Shown: positions 29,449 through 39,354, counted from the first letter of the stretch. The stretch: 64,000 bases of DNA from Opitutus sp. GAS368 (GCA_945861645.1 CAMAVZ010000001.1:32001-96000), one strand, 5' to 3'. Numbers and translations: made by a program. The notes: generated by a model not told the origin, from the letters alone.

Positions 29449-30369
29449 ATGACGTCAGGTTATTCACTCATCCGTCCTTGGGCTGCAGGTTTGCTAATGA
29501 CCGCGGTCGGCTTGGCGGCGGGTTGCGCCAAGGCTAAGCCGGCGGCAGGGGCGGTGCCCCTTGTCGTGACCGCACCCACCGAGCAACGCTATCCGTTGAC
29601 GGGCGAAATCATCGAGGTGCAGCGGGCTAGTCAGACCCTGGTCGTGACGCATGATGAGATTAAAGGCTACATGCCGGGTATGACCATGGAGTTTAAGGCG
29701 GCGCGGGGTGATTTGGATAATGCGCAACCCGGCCAGCATATTCGGGCCGAGTTGGTGGTGCGTGGGACGGAGCTTTTTCTCGAAAAAATTTGGCCAGCAG
29801 ACGCCGTGACCGAACGTGCTCTGTCGGCCGCGGCGCAAAGCTTGGCGCAAGATACCGCCATGCGCGGAAAGTCAGCTTATCGGGAAATTGGGGAGACGCT
29901 GCCCGAATTCACCTTGCTTGATCAAACGGGCCGCACGATTTCGCCGAGCCGCTTTCGCGGTAAGCAGGTGGTGCTCAACTTTATTTTCACCCGCTGCCCC
30001 GTTGCTACCATGTGCCCCGCCGCGACCCTGCGCATGCAGGAACTGCAGCAGGCGGCCCGCGCGGCGGGCGTCACCGACTTAGAATTGGTGTCGATTTCTC
30101 TCGATCCAGAATTTGATACTCCGGGCGTCTTAAAAGAATACGCCGAAGTGCGGGGAATTGATTTGGCTAATTTTTCCTTTCTAACCGGACCTGATGCGGC
30201 GGTGCGTCAACTCCTCGCGCAGTTGGGGGTGATTCGAGAATTTGAAGGCGCCACGATTAAGCATACCCTCGCGACCGTGTTACTTAACCCGCAGGGTAAA
30301 ATTATTTATCGGGCCGACGGCAGCGCTTGGGCGGTGGACGATTTTGTGCGGCGCTTGAAAAAAGAATGA
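29449..30369 (+). CDS. CusF-like domain + SCO1/SenC fusion lipoprotein
   Basis: Lipobox LAAGC; HDEIKGYMPGMTMEF (CusF-like His/Met site); SCO domain FIFTRCPVATMCP, SISLDPEFDTP, IKH. Confidence 0.9.
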   Translation: MTSGYSLIRPWAAGLLMTAVGLAAGCAKAKPAAGAVPLVVTAPTEQRYPLTGEIIEVQRASQTLVVTHDEIKGYMPGMTMEFKAARGDLDNAQPGQHIRAELVVRGTELFLEKIWPADAVTERALSAAAQSLAQDTAMRGKSAYREIGETLPEFTLLDQTGRTISPSRFRGKQVVLNFIFTRCPVATMCPAATLRMQELQQAARAAGVTDLELVSISLDPEFDTPGVLKEYAEVRGIDLANFSFLTGPDAAVRQLLAQLGVIREFEGATIKHTLATVLLNPQGKIIYRADGSAWAVDDFVRRLKKE

Positions 30370-31274
30370 ATCAACCCAACAAAAATTCTGCTCGCCATCG
30401 CTCGGTGTTGATCATCACCGCGGTGGCGCTAGGGCTTTATCTCTTGGTGCGAGCATTGCCGACGGGCACAAATCTAAATCACATGGATTTTCGGACAGAA
30501 GGGAAGGGGGCCTTGGAAATGTGTGACGCGAACAATCCGCAGTTCATTCCCGTTGTGCAGGTGCGTTCGCCGGTGGTACTCGGGCTTAAGGCGACAACCG
30601 GCGTGGCGCCCGATCAGCCGGTGGCCCTGACGCTCACGCTCCAAACTGCGCGCGGCAAGCCCATCGCGCCTGAGGATTTGCAACTGGCGCACACGCGCAA
30701 ATTGCACCTGCTGATTGTCGATCCTACCCTCGAAGATTATCAGCATGTGCATCCCGAGCCGGGCCAGCGTCCGGGCGAATGGGGGTTCACGTTGACTCCG
30801 CAGCGCGCCGGAGTTTATCGCATCTTTGCCGATTTTACACCGGTGGCCACCGGCCGCGGGCTTTATGGAGTGGTTGAACTCAACGTGCCAGGATCGGTCG
30901 CACGACTGGCGCGCTCACCTAATTTCACTTACACGATCGGCGGATTCGAATTTACCTTGGCCGCAGCGCAACCTTTCCGGGCTGGGCAGCCGATCGATTT
31001 GCGATTTTGCGTGAGTCAACGCGGTGGTGGGGCGACGCAGCTGCAACCGGTGATGGGGGCTTTTGCGCATTTGGTGGCCTTTGATGAAGGGCGCAGTGGC
31101 TTTGCGCACCTGCACCCGGCGCAGGTTGATTTGACGCAAGCCTTGGATCCGGTGCGTCCTGAGCTGACGTTCAAATTAACTATCCCGCAGCCCGGTCGCT
31201 ACGTCATTTGGAGTCAGGTTATGATCGCAGGGCAGCAAATCTTCGCGCCTTTTTGGATCGATGTGCTGCCCTGA
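30366..31274 (+). CDS. Membrane-anchored His/Met-motif protein with two similar beta domains (putative metal chaperone)
   Basis: ATGA overlap with the SCO gene; N-terminal TM; repeats HTRKLHLLIVD..L.DYQHVHP..G.YR.F.DF and MGAFAHLVAFD...FAHLHP..GRY.IW.Q. Confidence 0.7.
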   Translation: MNQPNKNSARHRSVLIITAVALGLYLLVRALPTGTNLNHMDFRTEGKGALEMCDANNPQFIPVVQVRSPVVLGLKATTGVAPDQPVALTLTLQTARGKPIAPEDLQLAHTRKLHLLIVDPTLEDYQHVHPEPGQRPGEWGFTLTPQRAGVYRIFADFTPVATGRGLYGVVELNVPGSVARLARSPNFTYTIGGFEFTLAAAQPFRAGQPIDLRFCVSQRGGGATQLQPVMGAFAHLVAFDEGRSGFAHLHPAQVDLTQALDPVRPELTFKLTIPQPGRYVIWSQVMIAGQQIFAPFWIDVLP

Positions 31275-31301
31275 AAAGCGGCGAACTTAAAGGGCGGCGC
31301 T

Positions 31302-31994
31302 TTACACGGGCTCACCGGCGAGTTGCATCACTTTGCCCGTCCCAGTGGTTAAAAATCTTCCCAATTGTGCGCCAGGAAAACTGCCAAAATTTCCGGGATA
31401 ACAACGCAACAAGCCCTCGCGGGCTAGCCGCACGATACTCCGCGTATTCATTTCGGGATCGGCGCAGAAAAAATGGGGCGCGGCGCGATTGGGCCAGAGG
31501 ATGCTGCCCCGCAGGACATCGCCGATAATCGCTTCGCCGGAGTCGAGCACCACCGAAGCAGATCCTAACGTATGGCCGGGAGTGGCCAGCACGCGCCCTT
31601 TGATTCCGTAGGGCGTGAGAGAAAAGCTGTCGCGGAAAATGACGTCGGGTTCAAACGATTCAAAGGGTTCATCCACGAAGGGGCGCACGAGCCGCCCGAA
31701 TTGATCCTGCGCGGCCAGAACGCCATTTTCCCCTGAGCGCGCGAGACTAGCATCGCCACTGTGCAGCGCAATTTTTGCGCCGCTGCGCCGGCGCAGTTCC
31801 GCCGCGCCGCCCGCGTGGTCGCTGTGGCTGTGAGTCAGAAGAATCAGAGCAATTTGGTTTAATTCGAGGCGGTGAATCTTCAGGGCATGCAAGATGCGCT
31901 GCAGATCGCCGGGCGCCCCGGTATCAACGAGCACCGGCCGCTCACCGAGGAGCAGGTAGCAGTTGGAGATCGCGCATTTAATTCTGATTAACAT
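31302..31994 (-). CDS. MBL-fold metallohydrolase
   Basis: LVDTG, THSHSDHAGG, TPGHT, IIGD; the final His position reads PGN. Confidence 0.88.
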   Translation of the reverse strand: MLIRIKCAISNCYLLLGERPVLVDTGAPGDLQRILHALKIHRLELNQIALILLTHSHSDHAGGAAELRRRSGAKIALHSGDASLARSGENGVLAAQDQFGRLVRPFVDEPFESFEPDVIFRDSFSLTPYGIKGRVLATPGHTLGSASVVLDSGEAIIGDVLRGSILWPNRAAPHFFCADPEMNTRSIVRLAREGLLRCYPGNFGSFPGAQLGRFLTTGTGKVMQLAGEPV

Positions 31995-32025
31995 TTAGAT
32001 CGGCGTAATAACTACGAGGAGCGCT

Positions 32026-33516
32026 TTAGGCTTCGGGTGTCGCCGTGGGCGACAGGGCTTGTTGGGTTGATCGCAAAGAAGGCCAGGCCAGCTCCGGCCG
32101 GCGGGCGAGCTGGGCGCGGAGATCACGTACGATTTCGGGATATTCTGCCGCGTGATTTTTTGTTTCAGCCCGATCGTTGATGTAATCGAAAAGCTCAAAC
32201 TGGGCGGCGCCGGCCGCATTATAGGAGGCGATCAGGCGCCAGCGATCGGTGCGGATCGTGCGTTGACCATTAGCCCAAAAAGCTAAGGCAGGTTTCGCCG
32301 TCGGCGTCGTGGGCTGAGCGAGTTGGGGCTGCAGGTTGTGGCCATCAAGTTGTGCGGGAGTGGGGAGCCCGCAGAGCGCCGTGAGCGTGGGAAAAATATC
32401 CACCGTCTCGACGAGGGCGGCACTGGCGGTACCCGGTTGAACTAGCCCCGGGCTCCGGATGAGTAAGGGCGAGCGCAAGGCGTTTTCGTAGAGGCAATGC
32501 TTGCCCCAGATCGCGTGTTCCCCCAGCGAAAAGCCGTGATCGCCCCAGATGACGACGATCGTGTTCCCGTCGGGATCGATCTTTTTCAACTCGGCGAGCA
32601 CGCGCCCCACTTGGGCATCGACGTAACTTACGCACGCCGTGTAAGCCTGCCGCAGCTCCCGCGCATAAGCGGAATCATTGGTGGGATCGCGCCCTCCGTG
32701 GCGGTAGTTGCTGCGAAATTCATTACTGTTATGCCACGTCGACGGCCAAGTGGGTTTCGCCGCGACGGCGGGATCGAGGGCCGGGATTTTTTGGGCATCA
32801 TGCAAATCAAACCAGCGCTTCGGTGCCGCGAAGGGCAGATGGGGCTTAAAAAATCCGACCGCAAAAAACCAGGGCGCCGGAGAGCTCGCGAGCTCGCGCA
32901 GATTTTTGACGGCTTCATCAGCAATCCAAGCATCAGGGTAAGCGGAGTCTGGTCCAGCGAAGGACTCGAGGGCGGGAGTTTTTCCGGGAGTACGGGCCAC
33001 CCCGTTGGCGTAGCCGTGCATGATGTGCTGGGCCTCTCGCCACGGGGTTTCTGGAATCCACGAGCGGGACCACGCCCCCGGCAATTCTTCAGGGCCTTCA
33101 TTCCAGAGCTGGCCGGTGCGGCCACCTGGATAGTGGGTGATCTTACCGAGCGCGAGGGTGCGATAGCCATGACCTTGAAACCAAGCGGGCAAATTAGCTT
33201 CGCCCCAACGAGCGTGAGTCAGGGCAATGCCGCCATTATCGACTTGCGCTACCTCGTTCGGATAGCGGCCGCGCAGCAGGGCGCAGCGGGATGCCCCGCA
33301 CGTAGGAACTTGCACATAATGGTGCGTAAAACTGCGCGCGGTTGCCGCGAACGCGTCGAGTTGGGGCGTCTGCGCATCGGTTGCGCCCAGGGCACCGAGG
33401 TCATGGCGCAGATCATCGATTGCAATAAACAGCACATTCGGCCGCGGGCGTTCGGCGGCGGCGAGCACCAGCGGGCTCAAGAGCAGGGTCAGTAACCAGC
33501 GGGGGAAATGCTTCAT
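32026..33516 (-). CDS. Exported sulfatase (iduronate-2-sulfatase-like)
   Basis: Signal peptide, PNVLFIAIDDLR, formylglycine motif CGASR, GKITH, GFFKPHLPF, GDHG..LGEH..WGK. Confidence 0.93.
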   Translation of the reverse strand: MKHFPRWLLTLLLSPLVLAAAERPRPNVLFIAIDDLRHDLGALGATDAQTPQLDAFAATARSFTHHYVQVPTCGASRCALLRGRYPNEVAQVDNGGIALTHARWGEANLPAWFQGHGYRTLALGKITHYPGGRTGQLWNEGPEELPGAWSRSWIPETPWREAQHIMHGYANGVARTPGKTPALESFAGPDSAYPDAWIADEAVKNLRELASSPAPWFFAVGFFKPHLPFAAPKRWFDLHDAQKIPALDPAVAAKPTWPSTWHNSNEFRSNYRHGGRDPTNDSAYARELRQAYTACVSYVDAQVGRVLAELKKIDPDGNTIVVIWGDHGFSLGEHAIWGKHCLYENALRSPLLIRSPGLVQPGTASAALVETVDIFPTLTALCGLPTPAQLDGHNLQPQLAQPTTPTAKPALAFWANGQRTIRTDRWRLIASYNAAGAAQFELFDYINDRAETKNHAAEYPEIVRDLRAQLARRPELAWPSLRSTQQALSPTATPEA

Positions 33517-33738
33517 GGCAGATCGAGATGCGGGGGAATAGTGAGATGGGCGCGACGGATCCTGCGTTGCATTTTTAGCGGGCTGTCGGCGGAGTTCACT
33601 CGAGCTTTTTTTTGAACTGATGTCCACCGACCTTTTTTATTACGCTTGGGCCCGCCCCGCGGGTGATTGCGCTGGCCGAACGGATGATCAGCGTAAATCT
33701 TCATAACCGCGGCGGCGCCCGTCTGAAACTATTAGCCC

Positions 33739-34644
33739 ATGATTATCGCATCCCTTGATCAAGGCCGGGCTCGGCTCAATCGGCCTAGCTGGTTGGGTTG
33801 GCCGCTGGGCGTCCACGCCTTCGCGTGGGGTGGGTTGATCGCGCTGATACTTTTATTAATCGGCTTAACGCATTATTTTCGGGGTGATAATATTTGGCAG
33901 GGCTGGGTAGAAAGCCGCGGACTGCGGCAAGCGACTTATGCGGAGCGCATCTATTTTGATCAGGTTTTTCGGACCCAGGCGAATACGTGGTCAAATTTGG
34001 CTTACGTCCTCGTCGGTCTCTATGCTTTGGCGCTGGGGCGCTTTGATCAGCGTGCGCGAACTGCGGAGGGGCGCGGCTACCTGCGCGATACGCCGGCGCA
34101 CAGTTTTTTATTTGGGGCGGCTTGTTGTTATCTGGGATTTGGGAGCGGACTCTTTCATGCCTCGCTCACGCGGTGGGGGCAGCAACTGGATGTCGCGGGT
34201 ATGTACCCGCCGCTATTGAGCTGCCTTGCAATCCAAGTGGGTCGTGGGCTGCGCGGGGCCCAGCGCCGGTGGGGCTGGGCCTGGACTCCGCCGGTCGCTT
34301 GGCTGGTCAGTCTGGTGCTGCTGGTGAGCGGGCTGCTTTATTATTACAAATGGTCGATGTCGGCTAGCTTGGTGCTGACCACGCTGATCTTATCCCTCAC
34401 GGCCTTGACGCTGGCCGATATTATTTTCGCGCGGCGGGCCATGAGCTTTCGCTGGCCGGGGTTGGCCGCGGGCTCCCTTGGCTTAGGGGTGATGTGTCGC
34501 CAGCTGGATGTAGCCGGAAAATTTAGCGGTCCTGATACCTGGCTCCAAGGTCATGCCTTTTGGCATGTATTGACCGCGGCCTCCCTCGCTTGCCTTTATG
34601 CGTACCATCGCTCTGAGGTGAGGGCCGTGCCCGCGGTCGCCTAG
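33739..34644 (+). CDS. Ceramidase-like CREST-superfamily 7-TM hydrolase
   Basis: NTWSNLAY, GSGLFHAS (SxxxH), QQLDVAGM, GHAFWH (HxxxH). Confidence 0.8.
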   Translation: MIIASLDQGRARLNRPSWLGWPLGVHAFAWGGLIALILLLIGLTHYFRGDNIWQGWVESRGLRQATYAERIYFDQVFRTQANTWSNLAYVLVGLYALALGRFDQRARTAEGRGYLRDTPAHSFLFGAACCYLGFGSGLFHASLTRWGQQLDVAGMYPPLLSCLAIQVGRGLRGAQRRWGWAWTPPVAWLVSLVLLVSGLLYYYKWSMSASLVLTTLILSLTALTLADIIFARRAMSFRWPGLAAGSLGLGVMCRQLDVAGKFSGPDTWLQGHAFWHVLTAASLACLYAYHRSEVRAVPAVA

Positions 34645-34682
34645 CGCATCGTTAGTTCGGCCCGCGCTTCAGCGGCGGCCGA

Positions 34683-35453
34683 TCAAAACTTTAGGTGCTT
34701 AACCGTCACGCCTTTGTTGATGAGCTGCTTGAGTGAATCAATGCCAATGCGCAGGTGCATTTCGACAAACTTAGCGTCCACTTGCTGGTCGCTCGCGTGG
34801 GTCTTCACGCCTTCTGGAGTCATGGGTTGGTCGGAGACGAGCAGCAGGGCGCCGGCGACGGTCTCATTGGCAAAAGCAGTGATGAAAATGGTCGCGGTTT
34901 CCATATCGACCGCCATGACGCGAATTTTGCGGAGATACTTTTTGAAATTCAGATCGTGCTCCCAGACGCGTCGGTTGGTCGTGTAGACTGTGCCGGTCCA
35001 ATAGTCGCGGCGATGATCGCGAATGGTGGTGGAGATGGCCTTTTGCAGAGCGAAGGCGGGGAGGGCGGGCACCTCGGGGGGGAAGTAATCGTTGCTCGTG
35101 CCTTCGCCGCGAATCGCCGCGATGGGCAAGATTAAGTCGCCAATTTCCGCGCGGTGTTTGATGCCGCCGCATTTTCCTAAAAACAGCACCGCTTTGGGGT
35201 TAATCGCGCTCAGGAGATCCATCACCGTGGCCGCGGTCGCACTGCCCATCCCAAAATTAATAATTGTGATCCCGTTGGCCGTCGCGCTGGGCATCGGTTT
35301 GACTTTGCCCATGACGGGGACGCGATGCCATTGCGCAAAGAGTTGCACGTAATGCTGGAAATTGGTGAGCAGAACGTAACGGCCAAAATTCTTGAGCGGT
35401 ACCCCCGTGTACCGCGGCAGCCAATTTTCGACAATTTTTTTCTTGGTCTCCAT
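34683..35453 (-). CDS. amn: AMP nucleosidase (short Bacteroidetes-like form, PNP/UDP fold)
   Basis: IVENWLPRYTG, LLTNF, NFGMGS..AA..MDLL, GKCGG, AIRGEGTS, TTNRRVWE, DMETAT, LLVSD. Confidence 0.9.
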   Translation of the reverse strand: METKKKIVENWLPRYTGVPLKNFGRYVLLTNFQHYVQLFAQWHRVPVMGKVKPMPSATANGITIINFGMGSATAATVMDLLSAINPKAVLFLGKCGGIKHRAEIGDLILPIAAIRGEGTSNDYFPPEVPALPAFALQKAISTTIRDHRRDYWTGTVYTTNRRVWEHDLNFKKYLRKIRVMAVDMETATIFITAFANETVAGALLLVSDQPMTPEGVKTHASDQQVDAKFVEMHLRIGIDSLKQLINKGVTVKHLKF

Positions 35454-35533
35454 GGGAGTGAAGCCCTTAAAAAATGACTTAGCGCCTCGGGTGGCGAGGT
35501 TATTTCAAGCGGGTCAGCCCGCGCCTTGCGGAC

Positions 35534-37549
35534 TTACCACCGGCCGCTCACTTCACAGCCCCACGTGGCTGGAGCGCCGGGGGTACCGTGAAAAACTCCG
35601 GGGGTGATGGAGCTGTAATATTTCTGGCTGGTCAGGTTGCGGCCAAAAGCGCGAAACTCCAAGCGGTCGTAGGTGTAGCCGGCCCGAGCTTCGAGCAAAG
35701 TGTAGCCGGCTTGCGAGAACGAGGCTGACTCCTGTTCATCGTAGAAGGTTCGACCGATCCAAGTGGCACCGGCGCCGCAAAAGAATCCTGACTCGGCGAC
35801 ATAATCAAATTGCAGGGCGGCGTTGCCGCTGGGCGCGTAAGGCGCGCGATTACCCGAGTAACTCACTTTGGTGAAGGGATCGGTAAAGGCTTGGAGGGTG
35901 GCCTGCGTTAACCCCGCGATCGCGCGGAGAGTAATCGTCGGGCTCAGCCGCCACAACGATTCCAATTCAGCCCCAAGCACGTGAGCGCGTTGGGCATTGA
36001 CCACGAGATACTCATCCGTGGACGTGGCCGGTACAGCGAACGAGCGTTCGATTTGATAGCCGCTGACGCGATAGGCGTAGGCTCTTGAGGTGAATGCCCA
36101 CCCCGTCGTGGTCTCAGTCGTGGTGAGGGCGGCTTCGAGGCCCCAGGTCCGCTGCGAATCGTAACCGGCGAGGTCGGCTCGACCGGTGTAGGCCGAGTAG
36201 CCGCCGGCCTTGAAACCGCGCGCTAGGGTGAAGACGGCATCAGTCCTGCGGTTTAAGTGGTGGGTCGCCGAGACGCTTGGCAGCAGGGCGCTCCAGTTGT
36301 CACTTTGCCGCTGCACCATGGCGCTCGGCACAATCTCCGTGCGGGTAAAATTCTTAGCTGTGTTTTCCAGCCGCAGGCCCGGGGTGATTAGCCAATCGGT
36401 GGTGGGCTTAAAATTGCCTTGGCCAAAAAAAGCCCAAGTGGCACTGGCCAGTTGAAAATTAGAGTTTTCGATGGTGTAACCGCTAAAGGTTCGGCTGGCT
36501 CCGCCCCGAGTGCGGGCGTGCGAATAAAATATTCCCCCAGTAAACCAATCACTCACGTATCGCACTTCTTCGTTAAAAGTGCGTTGCGACTGCGTCAGCA
36601 CGGAGTCGAAGTTGAAACCGCCAAATACAACGAGGCGATTGGCGTACGGTGACAAATCCCAATCCGTATAACTCGTGGTTGCCGTCAGCGTCGCCGTCGC
36701 GAGTCGCTGGGAAAGCCCCAACGCCAGCGCATTGAAGTCAGTGTCAGCCTGGCCTTCCTTGCTCCGTCTGACGCTCGCGAAAGACTCGCCCAGCGGCACC
36801 AGCGCCTGCGCGCCATCACGGGAGCGTTGAGTGAGGAGATGGACGGAAAATTCGAGCTCTGGCTGGGGACGGTAATGGAGCTGGACTCGGCCGAAGACGG
36901 CTTGGCGATCATCGACGGTCTGCTTGAGCTGGGTATTGTATAAATAGCCATCACGCTGGCTCGTGCCGAAGTGAAGGGCGGCATCAAACGTGTCGGTTCG
37001 CGCCGTTTGCGCGGAGGCGCTGAAGCTTGCTTGGCCCGCAGATCCGATGGCGGCCCCGACGTGGGCTTGGCTACTGGTGCCGGCCGGCCTTGAGGTGAAC
37101 TGAATCACGCCCGCATCACCGGCGCGACCAAACTGGGCCGCGGCTTGGGGGCCGCGGTAAATGGTCATCTGGCTGAAATCGTAAAGCTCCGTCGGAAAAG
37201 TGAAGGCGGTGGCCAGCGGAATGTTGTCGAGGTAAACGGGGGCCGAGGCGTCGCTGAAGAAAGGCGTATTACCTAATCCACGCAGGGTGGTGGTGGTGCC
37301 AAAACCACGGGCGCCGGCGTCATTGACCGCCAAGCCCACGGTCTGCTGCGCGAGATCGTACCAGGCTTCCGCCACCGTCGGCCCGGATTTCGTGCGGACG
37401 GTCGTGGTGGCGTTGGCGTTGAAGCTCAGCTGGTCGGTGACCGAGAGAGTCGGCAGTACGACCACGTCGGACACCACGGCTGACAGCGGCAAATGGCAGA
37501 ATAAAGTGAGAGCCGTCAGGGCGGCGATTGGGCGAATATTTCCGAGCAT
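35534..37549 (-). CDS. TonB-dependent outer-membrane receptor
   Basis: Signal peptide; plug motifs LRGLG, VYLDNIP, YRGPQ..FG...GVI; beta-barrel with RGFKAGG, GRNL and C-terminal W. Confidence 0.9.
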   Translation of the reverse strand: MLGNIRPIAALTALTLFCHLPLSAVVSDVVVLPTLSVTDQLSFNANATTTVRTKSGPTVAEAWYDLAQQTVGLAVNDAGARGFGTTTTLRGLGNTPFFSDASAPVYLDNIPLATAFTFPTELYDFSQMTIYRGPQAAAQFGRAGDAGVIQFTSRPAGTSSQAHVGAAIGSAGQASFSASAQTARTDTFDAALHFGTSQRDGYLYNTQLKQTVDDRQAVFGRVQLHYRPQPELEFSVHLLTQRSRDGAQALVPLGESFASVRRSKEGQADTDFNALALGLSQRLATATLTATTSYTDWDLSPYANRLVVFGGFNFDSVLTQSQRTFNEEVRYVSDWFTGGIFYSHARTRGGASRTFSGYTIENSNFQLASATWAFFGQGNFKPTTDWLITPGLRLENTAKNFTRTEIVPSAMVQRQSDNWSALLPSVSATHHLNRRTDAVFTLARGFKAGGYSAYTGRADLAGYDSQRTWGLEAALTTTETTTGWAFTSRAYAYRVSGYQIERSFAVPATSTDEYLVVNAQRAHVLGAELESLWRLSPTITLRAIAGLTQATLQAFTDPFTKVSYSGNRAPYAPSGNAALQFDYVAESGFFCGAGATWIGRTFYDEQESASFSQAGYTLLEARAGYTYDRLEFRAFGRNLTSQKYYSSITPGVFHGTPGAPATWGCEVSGRW

Positions 37550-37603
37550 GTCGATCCATTGTCCTCCGAATTATTCCTAGCGCAAATGGAAAAGCGGCGA
37601 AAC

Positions 37604-38971
37604 CTAGCGCAGATCTTGCGCGGTGATATCATGCGTCCAGCGCGTCACCCCTTGCTTATCGATACAGCTGATCGTGACCACCCGCGCTCCCTTGGGTCCG
37701 TGCAAGGCCAGAATGCAAAAATTCTGATCACTGACCAAGGTGCCCTCGATGCGGTGCGGATCCTGGGCGCGTTCCGTGCGGCCGATGGACGAAACGCCGC
37801 TGCTGATGGGTGAGGAGGTTAATTCATAGACCCAGTGCGAGCCGCCAATGTTTTTCTTGGCGAGTTCAGTGAAGTGCACATCGCCGGTGAGAAAGATGAC
37901 GCCGGTGATCTGGTGGTCTTGAATAAATTTCAGCAATTCCTCCCGTTCTCGCTGATAATACGCGAAGGTTTCGCTCACACCGCCAAAGTCGGTGACTACC
38001 TGTCCGCCCGTAACAATAAATTTAAAGGTAAAATGATTGAGCGTTTGGGCGTGGAGTAAGGATTGTTTGAGCCAATCGAATTGGTGCGCACCGTACTGCG
38101 ATTTCTGGGGATTCTGCGCGTCCATGAGGTGGTCGTCATCGCGGTACCACCGGTTGTCCATGACGAAGAAGGCCGCATCGCTTTGATAAAATTTTTGGTA
38201 AACTCCGGGGTGGCCCGACTCGCCGTACATCGGATTGCCCCAGTAAGCTTTAAAAATTCGCAGCGTCTCATCCTTAAACTCGAAGCTCTTGTTCGCATCG
38301 TTCGAGCCGTAATCGTGGTCATCCCAAGTGGCGTAATGCGGCATGACGGCAAAAAGTTTACGCAATTCAGGCTGCGCGCGCGTCAGTTGAGCGCGGTACC
38401 AGAGCCCGCTGATGGAATCAAAATCGGTTTCGCGATAATACCAATTGTCGCCCCCCCAGAGCATGAAATCAGCTCCGCTGTCGGCCATGAGCCGAAAAGT
38501 CTCCATCGTTTTCCCGTAGTCCGGACCAGGCCGATCGGCGGCTGGTTCATTGAAGTAGGCGCAGGTCCCGAAGATGAATTTAATATCAGGGGCTGGGGTC
38601 CGCCACTCCCAGAGCGGGCTGGTTTTGAATTGGGCGGGAAAGGGCAACGCCTGCTTCACGCCATCAATACTAATCGCATACTCATACTGCGTCCCGACCG
38701 CGAGTAAGCCGGGGCGGAAATGCGAAATCTGTCCACCGATCGGCGTCGAACTTAAATTCGTTTTGGTGATGGTCTGCTTGGTTTCTGGTTGGCCGCGGCG
38801 CCAGTAGTCGAGGCTCACTTGCTGGGCGTCTTTTGTCTCCACCCAGATCAAGGCTTCGCGGCGCGCTTGATGGCCGAGCATCGGTCCGGAGACTAAGGTG
38901 CCCGCGGCCTCGACCCGAGCGAGAAGTAGGGCCATGCTGATCACCAACCAAAAAATTGCGCGCAGTTTCAT
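37604..38971 (-). CDS. PhoD-family alkaline phosphatase/phosphodiesterase
   Basis: Sec signal, SGPMLG, FGTC, WGGDNWY, WDDHDYG.ND, DNRWYR, Q..WLK, TGDVH, ELTSSP. Confidence 0.9.
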   Translation of the reverse strand: MKLRAIFWLVISMALLLARVEAAGTLVSGPMLGHQARREALIWVETKDAQQVSLDYWRRGQPETKQTITKTNLSSTPIGGQISHFRPGLLAVGTQYEYAISIDGVKQALPFPAQFKTSPLWEWRTPAPDIKFIFGTCAYFNEPAADRPGPDYGKTMETFRLMADSGADFMLWGGDNWYYRETDFDSISGLWYRAQLTRAQPELRKLFAVMPHYATWDDHDYGSNDANKSFEFKDETLRIFKAYWGNPMYGESGHPGVYQKFYQSDAAFFVMDNRWYRDDDHLMDAQNPQKSQYGAHQFDWLKQSLLHAQTLNHFTFKFIVTGGQVVTDFGGVSETFAYYQREREELLKFIQDHQITGVIFLTGDVHFTELAKKNIGGSHWVYELTSSPISSGVSSIGRTERAQDPHRIEGTLVSDQNFCILALHGPKGARVVTISCIDKQGVTRWTHDITAQDLR

Positions 38972-39066
38972 GGCCGGAGCAAAGCAACTCCGCGGGCAAA
39001 ATCAAAACCTCAATTCCGGCCGCGTTGATCGTGGCCAGTCATCCCGCGGGGAGGCGCGGGGTCGGT

Positions 39067-39333
39067 TTATTTATTATTAGGCGGACGGTCCTGGGGACCC
39101 CAGCGCCACTCGGGCGATTCCCCTTTCCACCAGCAGATGAAGATGAGGACGGTGCTGAGGGCGGTCGTGTAGATTAGGAGATAAGTGTGCGATCGACTGA
39201 TCAAAAGCGTGCCGGCAAGGAGCCCCGCTAGATAGACGACGAACACCACCCAGCCCTCCCAGCGCCGCGGCAAGCCCCAGCCCCAACCGAGGGTCTTCAT
39301 GGGCAACCAAGCTTGGTCTGGCGGAAGAGGCAT
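39067..39333 (-). CDS. Small two-TM hypothetical membrane protein
   Basis: W.P.K..GWGWGLP..WEGW and KGE.P.WRWG Trp-rich motifs; co-oriented directly after lipA. Confidence 0.75.
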   Translation of the reverse strand: MPLPPDQAWLPMKTLGWGWGLPRRWEGWVVFVVYLAGLLAGTLLISRSHTYLLIYTTALSTVLIFICWWKGESPEWRWGPQDRPPNNK

Positions 39334-39354
39334 GCAGCTTGGATCAACCGGAGG

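Noticed and set aside
32497-33495. 332-aa plus-strand ORF
   Set aside because: Antisense shadow of the sulfatase with no recognisable motifs; expected at this GC content
33517-33738. Intergenic region with AGTTCA/TGAACT inverted repeat and T-runs
   Set aside because: Stem is only 6 bp and lies between divergent genes; insufficient for a terminator or riboswitch call
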